Notes: generated from the letters alone by a model not told the origin. DNA of 64,000 nt from Terriglobia bacterium (GCA_963758285.1 CAVWUT010000006.1:434327-498326), one strand, 5' to 3'. Counted from the stretch's first letter, positions 19,356-29,360 are shown. Translations and numbers: made by a program.

Positions 19356-21082
19356 GGATTAGGCAGTGGCTGCGCTTCCTGCGCCAGCTTGGCTGCGAGG
19401 GCGCGCTTAAGCGCCAGGGCGGCGGGATTGGAGGGGTCCAGTTGGAGCGCGCGGTCCACCTCCGCGGACGCCGTCTCAATCTTATTGTCTCGCAAATCGA
19501 GCCCGGCTAACAGTAGAAGGGGTTCTGAGGATTCGCGAAGGCGCAGGGCTTGCTCGGCTTCCAATCGGGCTCCGGCATCGTCATGGTTGGCTTCAAGAAC
19601 AGCGGCAAGGCCGGCGTGGGCGTCCGCGTTCGAGACGTTGAGCGCGATCGCCTCGCGAAATTCCCGTTCGGCTTCGCCGACAAAACCCTGGCGGAGAAAT
19701 TCGTGACCGCGGTCGGCGTGAAATTGGGCGTGGGTACGGGGATCGGTTTTCGCCAGACGCTGCTCAGCCGCGGCTTCGATTCCCAGCGCCAACTGGCGGA
19801 AAGAGCTTTCGTCGTACGTGGTGCGAATGCGCGCCAACGGCATCTTGGAACTGGCGGGAACGACGCCGTGTGGCGCTGCAGGATTGTTCTGGGCGGAGAT
19901 GGTTTGCAGCAACGACTCGGCCTCCGCATCTTCTGGCCAAAGATCGCCGGCTTCATGGAGTTGACGCGAAGCTCCAGTCAAATCTCCCTGGCGATAGAGT
20001 TCCAGGGCCAGGTTGAAGCGGTAGTCGGGATCGCTGGGATCGTCCTCGACGGCCTTGCGGAAGTAATCGGCTGCGCTCTTCCGGTCGCGCCGGGACGTGA
20101 CCACTCCCAGGTTGTTGTAAACCTCAGCCAGCGGCAGACGCGCAGCCACAAACTCGAAAGCCGTCTCGGACCGGGAGAAGTCACCCTGAGAATATGCGGC
20201 CAAGCCAAGATAAAAATTGGCTTCGCGCGCCAGGGGATGGTCCTGCGGCACATGCGCCAGCCATGAGGCCGCCTGCTCGTACTGGCGCTCGCGATAGTAC
20301 GTCTTGCCCAGAGAAAGCATGGCTTCGGGATAATTCGGATTCAGCCGCAACGCTTCGCGGAAATGCTGAATCTGTTCTGCGCCGGCGGTCGCCGTAATCC
20401 CACGCATATAGTTCTCAAACGCATCAAGCCGAATGGGAGACGCCAAATCCAGGTAGGCTTCGCGAGTGATGCTGAGCGTTGGACGCAGCACGCGCAGCAG
20501 ATCCCAGGCCAGCAGAGTTTCCGCTTTGATGAGGTCGGGCAGCGGTCCGGATTCGGTCGACGGAGGCAGAAGCCGCTGTCCGCGCATGTCGAGCAACTGT
20601 GCGGTGGCCTGGAAGGTACGGCCATCGAAATGGTAGCTGCCCAGCAGGGCATAGTCCACATCGAGTTGTTCGGCGATGCGGTAAACCGTGGCCCGCGAGG
20701 GATGAAGCTCCAGTGGAATGCCCAGGCGGTCATACGCCCGAATGCGGTCTTCGCGCGAGAGCACGTACAGAGTCGGAGAATCGAGACGCTCCCGGAGCAA
20801 TTCGGGGAAGGAATCGCCAATCCATTCCAGTCCCGGAGCCTTCGACTCGTTGTCAAAGGGAATCACGAGGAGAGTCTGTCCAGCGGTGGGAACCGCTTGC
20901 GCTGCCGCCGCGGCGGAGAACAGGCCGGTCAGGACTAAAACTGAAATGATGCGAAGGTTCAAGCTAAGAAGATTATAGCGAGTCTGGAGGAGGTGTAAGG
21001 CGGGTGTGTCTCCGGTATGACGCGGCTGCCTTTCACGAAATTGTCGTCCCGAGGAAAGCGAGGGATCTGCATTTTGCGGCAA
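19352..21082 (-). CDS. secreted TPR-repeat protein
   Basis: Several TPR-like units (ALRLNPNYPEAMLSLGKTYY, AVEDDPSDPDYRFNLALELY, ALQLDPSNPAALAL). The likely true start is TTG 20962, giving the signal peptide NLRIISVLVLTGLFSAAAAAQA. The ORF-track 5' extension overlaps a repeat element. Confidence 0.7.
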   Translation of the reverse strand: MPQNADPSLSSGRQFRERQPRHTGDTPALHLLQTRYNLLSLNLRIISVLVLTGLFSAAAAAQAVPTAGQTLLVIPFDNESKAPGLEWIGDSFPELLRERLDSPTLYVLSREDRIRAYDRLGIPLELHPSRATVYRIAEQLDVDYALLGSYHFDGRTFQATAQLLDMRGQRLLPPSTESGPLPDLIKAETLLAWDLLRVLRPTLSITREAYLDLASPIRLDAFENYMRGITATAGAEQIQHFREALRLNPNYPEAMLSLGKTYYRERQYEQAASWLAHVPQDHPLAREANFYLGLAAYSQGDFSRSETAFEFVAARLPLAEVYNNLGVVTSRRDRKSAADYFRKAVEDDPSDPDYRFNLALELYRQGDLTGASRQLHEAGDLWPEDAEAESLLQTISAQNNPAAPHGVVPASSKMPLARIRTTYDESSFRQLALGIEAAAEQRLAKTDPRTHAQFHADRGHEFLRQGFVGEAEREFREAIALNVSNADAHAGLAAVLEANHDDAGARLEAEQALRLRESSEPLLLLAGLDLRDNKIETASAEVDRALQLDPSNPAALALKRALAAKLAQEAQPLPNP

Positions 21083-21112
21083 CTACAGATCCCTCACTTT
21101 GCTCGGGATGAC
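21043..21112. repeat. 27-nt-arm inverted repeat element (GTCGTCCCGAGGAAAGCGAGGGATCTG ... CAGATCCCTCACTTTGCTCGGGATGAC)
   Basis: Near-perfect palindrome just downstream of the ndh stop. A related degenerate element lies near 35555-35610. Confidence 0.6.
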
Positions 21113-21127
21113 AAAACTCTGGCAAAT

Positions 21128-22483
21128 TCACCGTTTGGGGAGCGGAACTTGGCTCGCCACAGCCTGCTGGGCGACTCGCTGTTTATCGGACGGCGCCCTG
21201 CTCTCGCTATGAGTCGCCTCCCAACTCGGCAAAGTTTGGTCTCCGGTGATCAGGCGGGCGCCGCGTTCGTAGGTTAGGTACGACCATGCCCACTGGATGA
21301 GAACGATGATGCGGTTGCGAAATCCGATCAGAAAGAAGATGTGGATGAAAAGCCAGGCCAGCCACGCCACAAAGCCCGAGATATGAACCTTGCCGAATTG
21401 GGCAATGCCTGCGGCACGGCCGATTGTCGCGAGACTGCCTTTGTCTCGGTAGTGAAAATTCTGGCGGGCTTGACCACACAAATCGCGCATGAGGTTACGC
21501 GCCGTGGCAGCGCCTTGTTGGATGGCGACCGGCGCCACTCCCGGCAGCCATTTTCCATTTTCATCTTGCAGCGCGGCCAAGTCGCCGATGACGAAGACTT
21601 CCGGATGTCCGGGAATGCTCAGGTCAGGATTGACCAGAACGCGTCCGGCGCGATCGACCGGCGCGCCCAGCTTTTTTCCGAGCGGGGACGCTGCTACACC
21701 CGCGGCCCACAGAACCACCGCCGCGGGGATGCGGGTTTCTCCCATCCAGACTGCGGCAGGCTCGACCTTGGTTACCAGGGCCGAAGTGTGCACCTCAACG
21801 CCAAGTTCCCTCAGTTGCTCTTCTGCGCTGCGTGAAAGATCTTCGGAATAGGTTGGCAGAATGCGCGGCCCGCCTTCCAGAAGAACGATGCGTGTTCGCT
21901 TTGGATCGATCTTGACGAACTCGTTTCCGAGAACGTGCCGGGAAATCTCCGCCAGTGTGCCGGCCAACTCCGCGCCGGTAGGGCCTCCGCCTACGATGAC
22001 GAAATTCAAATCCATGGCACTTTCGCCGCTGGCCGTCTGGCGTTCCGCAAGCTCAAAAGCAAGCAAAACACGGCGTCGAATTTCCAGCGCATCCTCGATG
22101 GTCTTTAGTCCCGGAGCAAAAGGTTCCCATGAGTCGTGGCCGAAATAGGAGTGGCTGGCGCCTGCGGCAACGATGAGGTAGTCGTAGGAAACCTCGAGAT
22201 CGGCGAGCCGGACAATCCTCCGCTCAAGATCAACATCTTGCACTTCGCCCAGCAGGACTTCGGTGTTACGCCGCCCACGCACGATCCATCGAATGGGGGC
22301 GGCGATCTCGGCTGGAGACAGTCCGGCGGTCGCCACTTGATACAGGAGCGGCTGAAAGGTGTGGTGATTGGTGCGGTCGATCAGGGTGACATGCACCGGC
22401 TGGCGAGCCAAGCCGAGCGAAGCCTGCAGGCCGCCAAAGCCGGCGCCCACGATGACTACTCGCGGAATTTCCTTGCTGTGCAT
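21128..22483 (-). CDS. ndh: type II NADH dehydrogenase (NDH-2)
   Basis: Two dinucleotide-binding motifs (VVIVGAGFGGL, FVIVGGGPTGAE) and a C-terminal membrane-anchoring helix region. Confidence 0.88.
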   Translation of the reverse strand: MHSKEIPRVVIVGAGFGGLQASLGLARQPVHVTLIDRTNHHTFQPLLYQVATAGLSPAEIAAPIRWIVRGRRNTEVLLGEVQDVDLERRIVRLADLEVSYDYLIVAAGASHSYFGHDSWEPFAPGLKTIEDALEIRRRVLLAFELAERQTASGESAMDLNFVIVGGGPTGAELAGTLAEISRHVLGNEFVKIDPKRTRIVLLEGGPRILPTYSEDLSRSAEEQLRELGVEVHTSALVTKVEPAAVWMGETRIPAAVVLWAAGVAASPLGKKLGAPVDRAGRVLVNPDLSIPGHPEVFVIGDLAALQDENGKWLPGVAPVAIQQGAATARNLMRDLCGQARQNFHYRDKGSLATIGRAAGIAQFGKVHISGFVAWLAWLFIHIFFLIGFRNRIIVLIQWAWSYLTYERGARLITGDQTLPSWEATHSESRAPSDKQRVAQQAVASQVPLPKR

Positions 22484-22560
22484 CGCGCAGCGTAATAGAA
22501 TCCATCCCCAGTCGGATCGGGGGCTGAGAGCACCGCATCTCAGTTCAATAGATTCGGAAG

Positions 22561-23274
22561 ATGGATGGCAGGTTGAATACTTTTGCAGTCGAGCCCCAAG
22601 ACACCGTAACTTTCGAGTTAACCGGCAAGGTCAAACAAGCTTCCGCGCGGCAACTCTCAACCCTGGCCGCATGGCTTGAGGTCGGATTGGTGTTTGCGCT
22701 GATCCTGCTGGCAGTGTGGACGCGGCAGGGAATTGTGAACACGGTCGCCTGCCTGTCGGCGGTAGGCTGCATTCTGTTTTTCACCAGCCGCAGTCCGTAT
22801 TCGATGCGCGAGTTGGGATTGGCGTCTCCTGCCAGGGGAACGATGATCACACTTTCCCTGGGAATCATTCTGGCGGTGATGATCGCGGCCAGCGGGGCGT
22901 TCATGAAGCTGGTGCTGGGGCCGGCGCAGGCGGTGCCCATGGACCGCGCGTGGCAGTATGCGATCTGGTCATTCGTTCAGGAGTTTATTCTGCAATCGTT
23001 CTTTTATCTGCGGCTGAAGTCTGCGCTCGGACACCGGCGTGCTGCCGGGTTCGCCGCCGGCTTGTTTGCAGTGGCACACCTTCCCAGCCCGGTGCTGACT
23101 GTTCTCGCCTTTGCCGGTGCTGTGCTTTTCTGTGAACTGTTTCACCGCTACCGAAACCTGGTTCCCATCGGCCTAGTGCACGCGCTGCTTGGATTGACTA
23201 TTGCGGGCAGCCTTCCCGACAGCCTCCTGCACCACATGCGTGTGGGGATCGGCTATCTGACGTACCATCCGTAA
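22561..23274 (+). CDS. CPBP (CAAX) family intramembrane protease
   Basis: 6-7 TM helices; motifs QEFILQSFF, FAVAHL, HALLGL. Confidence 0.7.
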   Translation: MDGRLNTFAVEPQDTVTFELTGKVKQASARQLSTLAAWLEVGLVFALILLAVWTRQGIVNTVACLSAVGCILFFTSRSPYSMRELGLASPARGTMITLSLGIILAVMIAASGAFMKLVLGPAQAVPMDRAWQYAIWSFVQEFILQSFFYLRLKSALGHRRAAGFAAGLFAVAHLPSPVLTVLAFAGAVLFCELFHRYRNLVPIGLVHALLGLTIAGSLPDSLLHHMRVGIGYLTYHP

Positions 23275-23354
23275 GCCTAGGCATTATCGCAGTGCCTTCG
23301 GCTCCTCGCAATGGGCGTAAACGTTCAACGATGAAGAGAGCAAGTTTGGCAGCA

Positions 23355-25019
23355 CTAATGCTTCTGCGCGAACCTTGTGCCGAAGAAATCGCCCACGTTC
23401 CACGTCGGGCGCTCGGCCTGCTGCGCCACCTCGAAGCCAACGAGGAATGACAATCCCGTGGACCTTGCCGCCGAATCGAAATAGAACAGCTGGTTCATGT
23501 TGTCTTTCGGTGTGTGGTAAATACTCGAGATCCATTTTTGGAAGACCGCGGCGCCATCCACCTTCGGGTCGGCGCTCTGCATTCCAGGCCACATGAACAC
23601 GGCCGGCACGCCCTGCTTCACAAACGAATACTGATCGCTGCGAATGAAAATCACCTCTTCGGGAATAGGGTCGGGGCTGATCGTGTATCCCATGTTACGC
23701 GCGGCCGCCTCCACATCTTTCGACAAGCTGGAATGCTCCACGCCGAGCGGCACAATGTCCTTGTTGGGCCACAGCAGGCCGCCCACGCCGTCAATGTTCA
23801 CATCGGCGACAATGTTTTCGATCGAAACCGTGGGAAAGTGAGCAAAGTAGTCCGATCCGAGCAGGCCCTTTTCCTCGCCAGTGACCAGGATGAACAGAAT
23901 CGAGCGTCGCGGCGCCTGCAGCAAACTCGAGAACGCGCGCGCCACTTCGAGGACCGCGGAAGTACCCGAAGCGTTGTCCCACGCCCCGTGGCAAATAGTG
24001 TCTTCCTCCGCCGGGCGGCAGATGCCGAGATGGTCCAGATGAGCGGTGAACACGACCTACTCCTGCGCGAGCTTGGGATCGGACCCAGGGAGCTTGGCGA
24101 TCACGTTGCGGCTTTCGACTGGCGTGTGCCGGCTGACCGTGTGGATCTTCACGCTCACGGGCAGCAGGAACGTCGCGGGCTTGCTCTCCCGCGAGGCAGC
24201 GAAGATTTCGGGTAGCGTCTTGGGAGCGCCTGCAAATAGCGCTAAGGCGCCGCTTTCGTTCATCAGCGCACCGGCGCGGATTTCCGGAATCGCGTCTGCG
24301 GGTACGCCTTTCGGGTTGAGCCAATGCATGCTTCCGGCGCGAATCTGGGGAACGAGCCAGCTCCATTTATAGCGCTCGAAAAATTCCGGCGCCTGGATGG
24401 CGATGATCCCGACGGCTCCGTGTACCGCGGCGTTCCGGGCCTTCACGACGAAATCGGAAAAATACGCGCGCTCGGTGGAGGGGAATCGGGGAGGCGCGCC
24501 TCGCAGCATCACGACCACCTTTCCGTGGACGTCTACGCCCGCGTAGTCGTCATACTGAAATTCCGGTGCCGTCACCCCGAAGCCCACGTAAGCCACGCCT
24601 GCATCCACGGTCGTATCGGTCTCCAGCGGGTTGCCGCCCGTGATGTAGTCTTCGGCAAATACGAGCGTCTGCCGTTTGCCGTCGCGCACGAGCTCGAACG
24701 AACTCTGCTCGGGGACGAGGTCCACTTTGCGCAGCGGCACGGGCTGGAACCATGTGCCGTTCACTCCGGCGGGGACGAGTCCCATGGATTCGAGCTCCGT
24801 GGCCACGTAACGCGCCGCAACTTCGTGGCCGCGCGCGCCCGTCTGGCGGCCTTCGAGAAGGTCGTCAGAGAGGAATCGCATGTGTGCGGCGATGGCCTCC
24901 GGACGGATCACTTTGATGGCGGCGTCGGCTGCAGCCTGATCGGCCGGGCTGAGCTCTTGCGCACTCGACGGAACACAGAATATTGCCGCCAACAAAACTG
25001 CAAACAAAAAGGGTTTCAT
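23355..25019 (-). pseudogene. secreted M28-family aminopeptidase interrupted by one in-frame TAG
   Basis: ORFs 24057..25112 and 23355..24053 are in the same frame: ...GSDPKLAQE-TAG(24059-24057)-VVFTAHLDHLG. M28 motifs DNASGTSAVLE and VTGEEKGLLGS. Signal peptide from ATG 25019. Confidence 0.8.
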
Positions 25020-25151
25020 GTGTTCTCCCGTTTCCTGGGTTTGACACACGCGGCATTCTACACCCTGCGCTGTCCTTCCGAGGCCGGGCAGGGACTCAGT
25101 TGGCTGACTCACTGGCGCGGACCTGGGAAGGCGATTCGGAAGTGGGCAGCG

Positions 25152-26519
25152 TTATTTCACCAGTCCCACAATCAGGGCGCTAGGCCCGGGCAGGTTGATC
25201 CGGCATACCTCGGTGAACCGCGCGGCCTTCATCCAGCGGGTGTATTCGACCTCGCTGTAACTGGCGCCAGCGTCGGTGGCGACGAGCATGTTCAGTGAGA
25301 ACAATGCCGCGTGTTGCGGCCCGGCTTTGTCGGGATTGAGGATGAAGTCTTGCACGACGAGGCGGCCGTTCGGCGCGAGTGCCTGGCGGGCACGGCGGAA
25401 GATGTCCTGGTTCTGCTCTTCGGAAAACATGTGGCAGATTGCGTTCAGCATGACGATGTCGTAGGCGGAGCCAAAATCATCTTGAAGCATGTCTCCCGCG
25501 CGAAGGCTGACTTGCGCTGAGACACCGGCCTGGCTGACATATTCGGCGGTGAGGGGCACGACCTCAGGGACGTCAAGAATCTCGCACTGCACATCGGGAC
25601 AAGCTTTTGCGAACGCGATGGAGTATGCGCCGGAGCCGCCGCCGAGATCGAGAATGCGGCGAACCCCAGCTGTGCCCAACGCCTTCACAACCAGCGGAGC
25701 GCGCTCTTTGGCGTGGCGCTGCATGCCGGCGATGAAGTTGCGCGTCCATTCGGGAGTGTCGTCGCGACTGATCGGGACGCAGGTACCATTGCGCACGGCG
25801 TCGGTCAGCGTGCTCCAGCGATGCCAGATGTTGGCGGTGTGCAGCAGACCATTGCGGTGGTTGTCTTTGGAGCCCTGAACAAAGAATCGTGCGGACTCGT
25901 GTGTGTTCCTGTAATCATTGCCGCTCTTCGACAGAAGTCCGAGGGCGACGAGCCCGTTGAGCAGCATGCCCACGGCGCGCGCATTCGCATGAATTCTCGT
26001 TCCGATCTGCTCCGCATTGGCTCCATCCCCCACGGCGGTAAAGATGTCGAGTTCGAGCGCCGTAAGAATACAACGGCTCGGCATGTAGCCGCGGATCATC
26101 TGATCGAGGCGATCGGGCAGCGTCCCTGCCTTGTCGCGGGCAGCCATCGCGGCACGGAACTTTTCTGCATGCTCGACCGCCATGGCCTTCATCGCAGGGG
26201 CATCGTTCCACACGAGACGACCGACGGGCTTGCCATCCCGCAGATGCGTACCGACGATTTCGGATACATCCGCCGGTTGCACATGCCGGTACCATACCCC
26301 CGCCGGATAGACGACCATCACGGGACCTTCATCACACAATCCCATGCAGCCACAGGTCGTGAGTTGTACATCGTGGCCGAGGCCGCGTGCCTGAGTTTCG
26401 CGATCCAGCGCGTCCAGCACCGCGAACGACCCGCTCGCCGGACAGGACGGGACTCCTTCTGGTTTTTGTTGCGTGCAGACGAAAAGATGAAAACGGAACG
26501 GTTCCATTATGGTCTCCAA
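25152..26519 (-). CDS. fusion of a thioredoxin-like [2Fe-2S] ferredoxin module and a class I SAM O-methyltransferase
   Basis: N-terminal FHLFVCTQQKPEGVPSCPASG...TTCGCMGLCDEGPVMVVYP. C-terminal O-MT-like region with ILDLGGGSGAYSIAFA. Confidence 0.7.
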   Translation of the reverse strand: METIMEPFRFHLFVCTQQKPEGVPSCPASGSFAVLDALDRETQARGLGHDVQLTTCGCMGLCDEGPVMVVYPAGVWYRHVQPADVSEIVGTHLRDGKPVGRLVWNDAPAMKAMAVEHAEKFRAAMAARDKAGTLPDRLDQMIRGYMPSRCILTALELDIFTAVGDGANAEQIGTRIHANARAVGMLLNGLVALGLLSKSGNDYRNTHESARFFVQGSKDNHRNGLLHTANIWHRWSTLTDAVRNGTCVPISRDDTPEWTRNFIAGMQRHAKERAPLVVKALGTAGVRRILDLGGGSGAYSIAFAKACPDVQCEILDVPEVVPLTAEYVSQAGVSAQVSLRAGDMLQDDFGSAYDIVMLNAICHMFSEEQNQDIFRRARQALAPNGRLVVQDFILNPDKAGPQHAALFSLNMLVATDAGASYSEVEYTRWMKAARFTEVCRINLPGPSALIVGLVK

Positions 26520-26733
26520 TCATATGATTATTGATGGTAACGCTTTCATTGTCGCCGACGCAGAGCCGGTTCTGCGAATCTCAGGGAATGCGGCGCAACG
26601 CGAGTGCAGGTAACTCGGAGTAGCCGACCGACCGGGAACAATTCTGGGTTAAGTTAGCGCTTATGAGACCACACCCTGCAAGTCACTCGTCGCCGCCACC
26701 GCTCATCGGATAACATGTCCGGGACAGCGTGAG

Positions 26734-28383
26734 TTGACGTTGCCCTCAAAATCCCTACCCAACGAATTGCAGTCTGATGCGGCGAGCCACGCGCCTGTGC
26801 CGCAGAGTTCGCCCCCTGGCGTGCTTTCGATGCTCTTCCAGTGGCTCATGCCGTCGGTGGCCGATCTGTTGCTTGTCGCCCTGCTCTTCGGATTGAGCGC
26901 CGGGGCGCTAGGGAGGATTTTGCTGCGGGATGCCGACACCGGATGGCACATCCGCAACGGCCAGGAAATATTGATGATGCACGCTGTCCCTCGCACCGAT
27001 TCATTCTCCGCCAGTTTGAATGGAAAGCCGTGGTACGCGTGGGAATGGCTCTACGACATTCTGATTGCGGCCATCCATCAGACGCTGGGATTGAATGGAG
27101 TAGTGTTCTACTCGGCGGCGATTATTGCGGCAACGTTTGTGGTCACGTTCTACTTCGCGATGCGCCGCGGAGCGAACTTGGCGGTTACGCTGTTCCTGCT
27201 GATTCTGTCGCTGGGGGCTTCGGCGGTGCACTTGTTGGCTCGCCCGCATGTGTTGAGCTGGCTGTTGGCGGTGATTTGGTTTGAGGTCGTCGACTCTGCG
27301 GACATCTCTCCAAGCCGCGAGAATCAACGTCAGTTGGTCAGCCTCCCTGTGCTGATGCTGCTCTGGGTGAATCTGCACGGAGGATTTCTTCTGGGCTTCG
27401 TTTTGCTGGGTGCATATATGGCGGGCATGGGAATTCAGTATTTCTCCGAGCCAGACCGGCGTGCGGAGTCAACCCAGGTTCTGAAGCGGCTGGGCCTGGT
27501 GACGGCCTTGTGTGCGGCGGCGAGCCTGGGCAATCCCTATGGCTACAAGCTGCATGTTCATGTGTACCGATACTTGACGGACCGCTTCCTGATCAACCAC
27601 ATCAGTGAGTTTCTTTCGCCGAATTTTCACAGCCCGGCACAGCTGTGCTTTGCGCTGTTGATCATGATGACCATCCTTGTGCTGGCCAGTGCGAGGAAGC
27701 GGCTGCACCCAGCGCAAATGCTGGTCATTCTGTTTGCGGTTTACGGCGGACTGTTCGCCACGAGGAATCTTCCCGTGGGGTCGCTGCTGCTTACGCTGAT
27801 GGTGGCTCCGGCAATGAGTGAAACGATTGCCGCGGCTGCTGGTTCGGCAGCTGTGGCCGGCTGGATGCGCGATTTGTGCTCGTGGCTCGATCGCTTCGGT
27901 TCGCGTATGCAGAGGCTGGAATCGCATTTCCGCGGGCACGCATGGCTGGTGGCGGGGTTTCTGGCAGGCCTGTGGGCATGCGCCCACGGAGGGCGGCTGG
28001 GTTCGGAGCAACTGATCAACGCCTATTTCGATCCGCAACGCTTGCCGGTCGAAGCTGTCGAAGTGATCAAGCAGCGTGGAATTCGCGAGCCGATCTTCAG
28101 CCTGGACCGCTGGGGCGGGTACTTGATTTATCGGTTGGCTCCGCAGACCAAGGTGTTTGTCGATGACCGGCACGACTTCTACGGGGATGCGTTCATCAAG
28201 GAATATCTGAACGTGACCCTGGCCCAGCCCGGCTGGGACAAGGTTCTGGAGGAAGAGCACGTTCACTGGGTCTTGATGCCGGAGGAATCGCCGCTGGCCA
28301 ATATGCTCAGACTGACGCCGGGGTGGAAGATCACGCACGAAGACGACACGGCGGTATTGTTCCAGCGGAGCGAGGGGCGCTAG
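26734..28383 (+). CDS. polytopic membrane protein, possibly GT-C-like glycosyltransferase (family uncertain)
   Basis: 549 aa with more than 10 hydrophobic helices and a soluble C-terminal region. TTG start, so the exact start is uncertain. Confidence 0.5.
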   Translation: MTLPSKSLPNELQSDAASHAPVPQSSPPGVLSMLFQWLMPSVADLLLVALLFGLSAGALGRILLRDADTGWHIRNGQEILMMHAVPRTDSFSASLNGKPWYAWEWLYDILIAAIHQTLGLNGVVFYSAAIIAATFVVTFYFAMRRGANLAVTLFLLILSLGASAVHLLARPHVLSWLLAVIWFEVVDSADISPSRENQRQLVSLPVLMLLWVNLHGGFLLGFVLLGAYMAGMGIQYFSEPDRRAESTQVLKRLGLVTALCAAASLGNPYGYKLHVHVYRYLTDRFLINHISEFLSPNFHSPAQLCFALLIMMTILVLASARKRLHPAQMLVILFAVYGGLFATRNLPVGSLLLTLMVAPAMSETIAAAAGSAAVAGWMRDLCSWLDRFGSRMQRLESHFRGHAWLVAGFLAGLWACAHGGRLGSEQLINAYFDPQRLPVEAVEVIKQRGIREPIFSLDRWGGYLIYRLAPQTKVFVDDRHDFYGDAFIKEYLNVTLAQPGWDKVLEEEHVHWVLMPEESPLANMLRLTPGWKITHEDDTAVLFQRSEGR

Positions 28384-28424
28384 GGCGCTGAACCTGAGTG
28401 GAAAGTGTCCGCATAGATGAGACT

Positions 28425-28724
28425 TCAGAGCCGGTTTTTCCAGTATTCGGGCCGCCGGTGCCCATGAGCAACGGCCAGGACGAGAATGTGGGAGGGAAGG
28501 GCTCGATAGACGATGCGGAAAGGGAACTCGCGGAGGCTGTACTTTCTGCAATCGCCGAAATAGGATGGCCAGCGCTCCGGGGCACGTTGGATCTTTGCTA
28601 TAGCTTGACCAATGGTACTTTCAAAGTTTATGGCCGCAACGTGACTTCGTTCGCGATACCATGCTAAAGCCGCCAAATACTCCTGTTCCGCTTCTGGGTG
28701 GAACTCGAGCGGCTTACTCGCCAT
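28425..28724 (-). CDS. RelE/ParE-family toxin
   Basis: 99 aa: FHPEAEQEYLAALAWYRERS...REFPFRIVYRALPSHILVLAVAHGHRRPEYWKNR. Overlaps the upstream antitoxin gene by 11 nt. Confidence 0.8.
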   Translation of the reverse strand: MASKPLEFHPEAEQEYLAALAWYRERSHVAAINFESTIGQAIAKIQRAPERWPSYFGDCRKYSLREFPFRIVYRALPSHILVLAVAHGHRRPEYWKNRL

Positions 28725-28944
28725 CGAGGAGCTTACGCCCCTTTTGCTGAACCTGGCTCCACGAGACAGTCTTCACCCTACCGGATTGAATATCTTCGAG
28801 GCGGTGGGCGATCTCTTTCTGCCACGCGAGGTCCGCGTCTTCATCGACTGTGGAGTCCAAGCTGTCAATCAGATTAGCTGCGAGTTCGGCACGCTCGTGG
28901 TCGGGCAGGGCAAGGGCCTTTTTGAGTAGCTCGCTGGCTTCCAT
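28714..28944 (-). CDS. addiction-module antitoxin (TIGR02574-like)
   Basis: MEASELLKKALALPDHERAELAANLIDSLD...LAWQKEIAHRLEDIQSGRVKTVSW. ATG 28944 preferred over 29001. Confidence 0.7.
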   Translation of the reverse strand: MEASELLKKALALPDHERAELAANLIDSLDSTVDEDADLAWQKEIAHRLEDIQSGRVKTVSWSQVQQKGRKLLDGE

Positions 28945-28951
28945 GGGTCGA

Positions 28952-28993
28952 ATTATACGCCCGTGGTTGTCGATTTGTGCAGCTGCTGACAAC
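28952..28993 (-). promoter_or_regulatory. candidate promoter and operator of the ParE-like TA pair
   Basis: A perfect TATAAT (minus strand, 28957-28952) lies only 7 nt before ATG 28944, so the mRNA would be leaderless-type. A nested palindrome GTTGTC...GCAGCTGC...GACAAC (28966-28993) lies upstream. Confidence 0.35.
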
Positions 28994-29360
28994 GGACTCA
29001 ACTCACCTTACCAGCCTCTCCCGCAGCCGGCGGCCGTCTATTCCGAGTACGATGAGAATCCTGCTTGCCTTGCACTAACTACTTTCTCCAACCACCACTT
29101 AGGCAACAGGCCTGCCCATACCTCGACGCCTGTAATTCTTTCCCAGATCATGGCAAATCCTACCTGTGGGGTTAATCGACGGACCAGCATTTTATTGGCT
29201 TTAAAAATGGCACGGAGAGTGCTACAAATACAGGCAGACGAAGTGGCGCGCAACGGGGCGTTCAGGAGAGTACTTCGGCCAGAGGTTTCCTTGAACGCCC
29301 CTTGCATTGTTGCGAAGGTTTCCTCTTAACTGGCCGACTCAGCCCTCCCCCGATTGTTTC

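Noticed and set aside
24057-24059. TAG in the M28 peptidase as pyrrolysine or programmed read-through
   Set aside because: No pyl genes or recoding signals are visible in the window. A single TAY-to-TAG change or a base-call error is far more parsimonious. It is kept as a finding only as a nonsense codon.
29038-29307. 89-aa ORF in the gap between the ParE-type TA pair and the 75-aa gene
   Set aside because: It lies in AT-richer sequence with no RBS and unconvincing composition. It overlaps an equally weak plus-strand ORF (28850..29329) that is antisense to the antitoxin.
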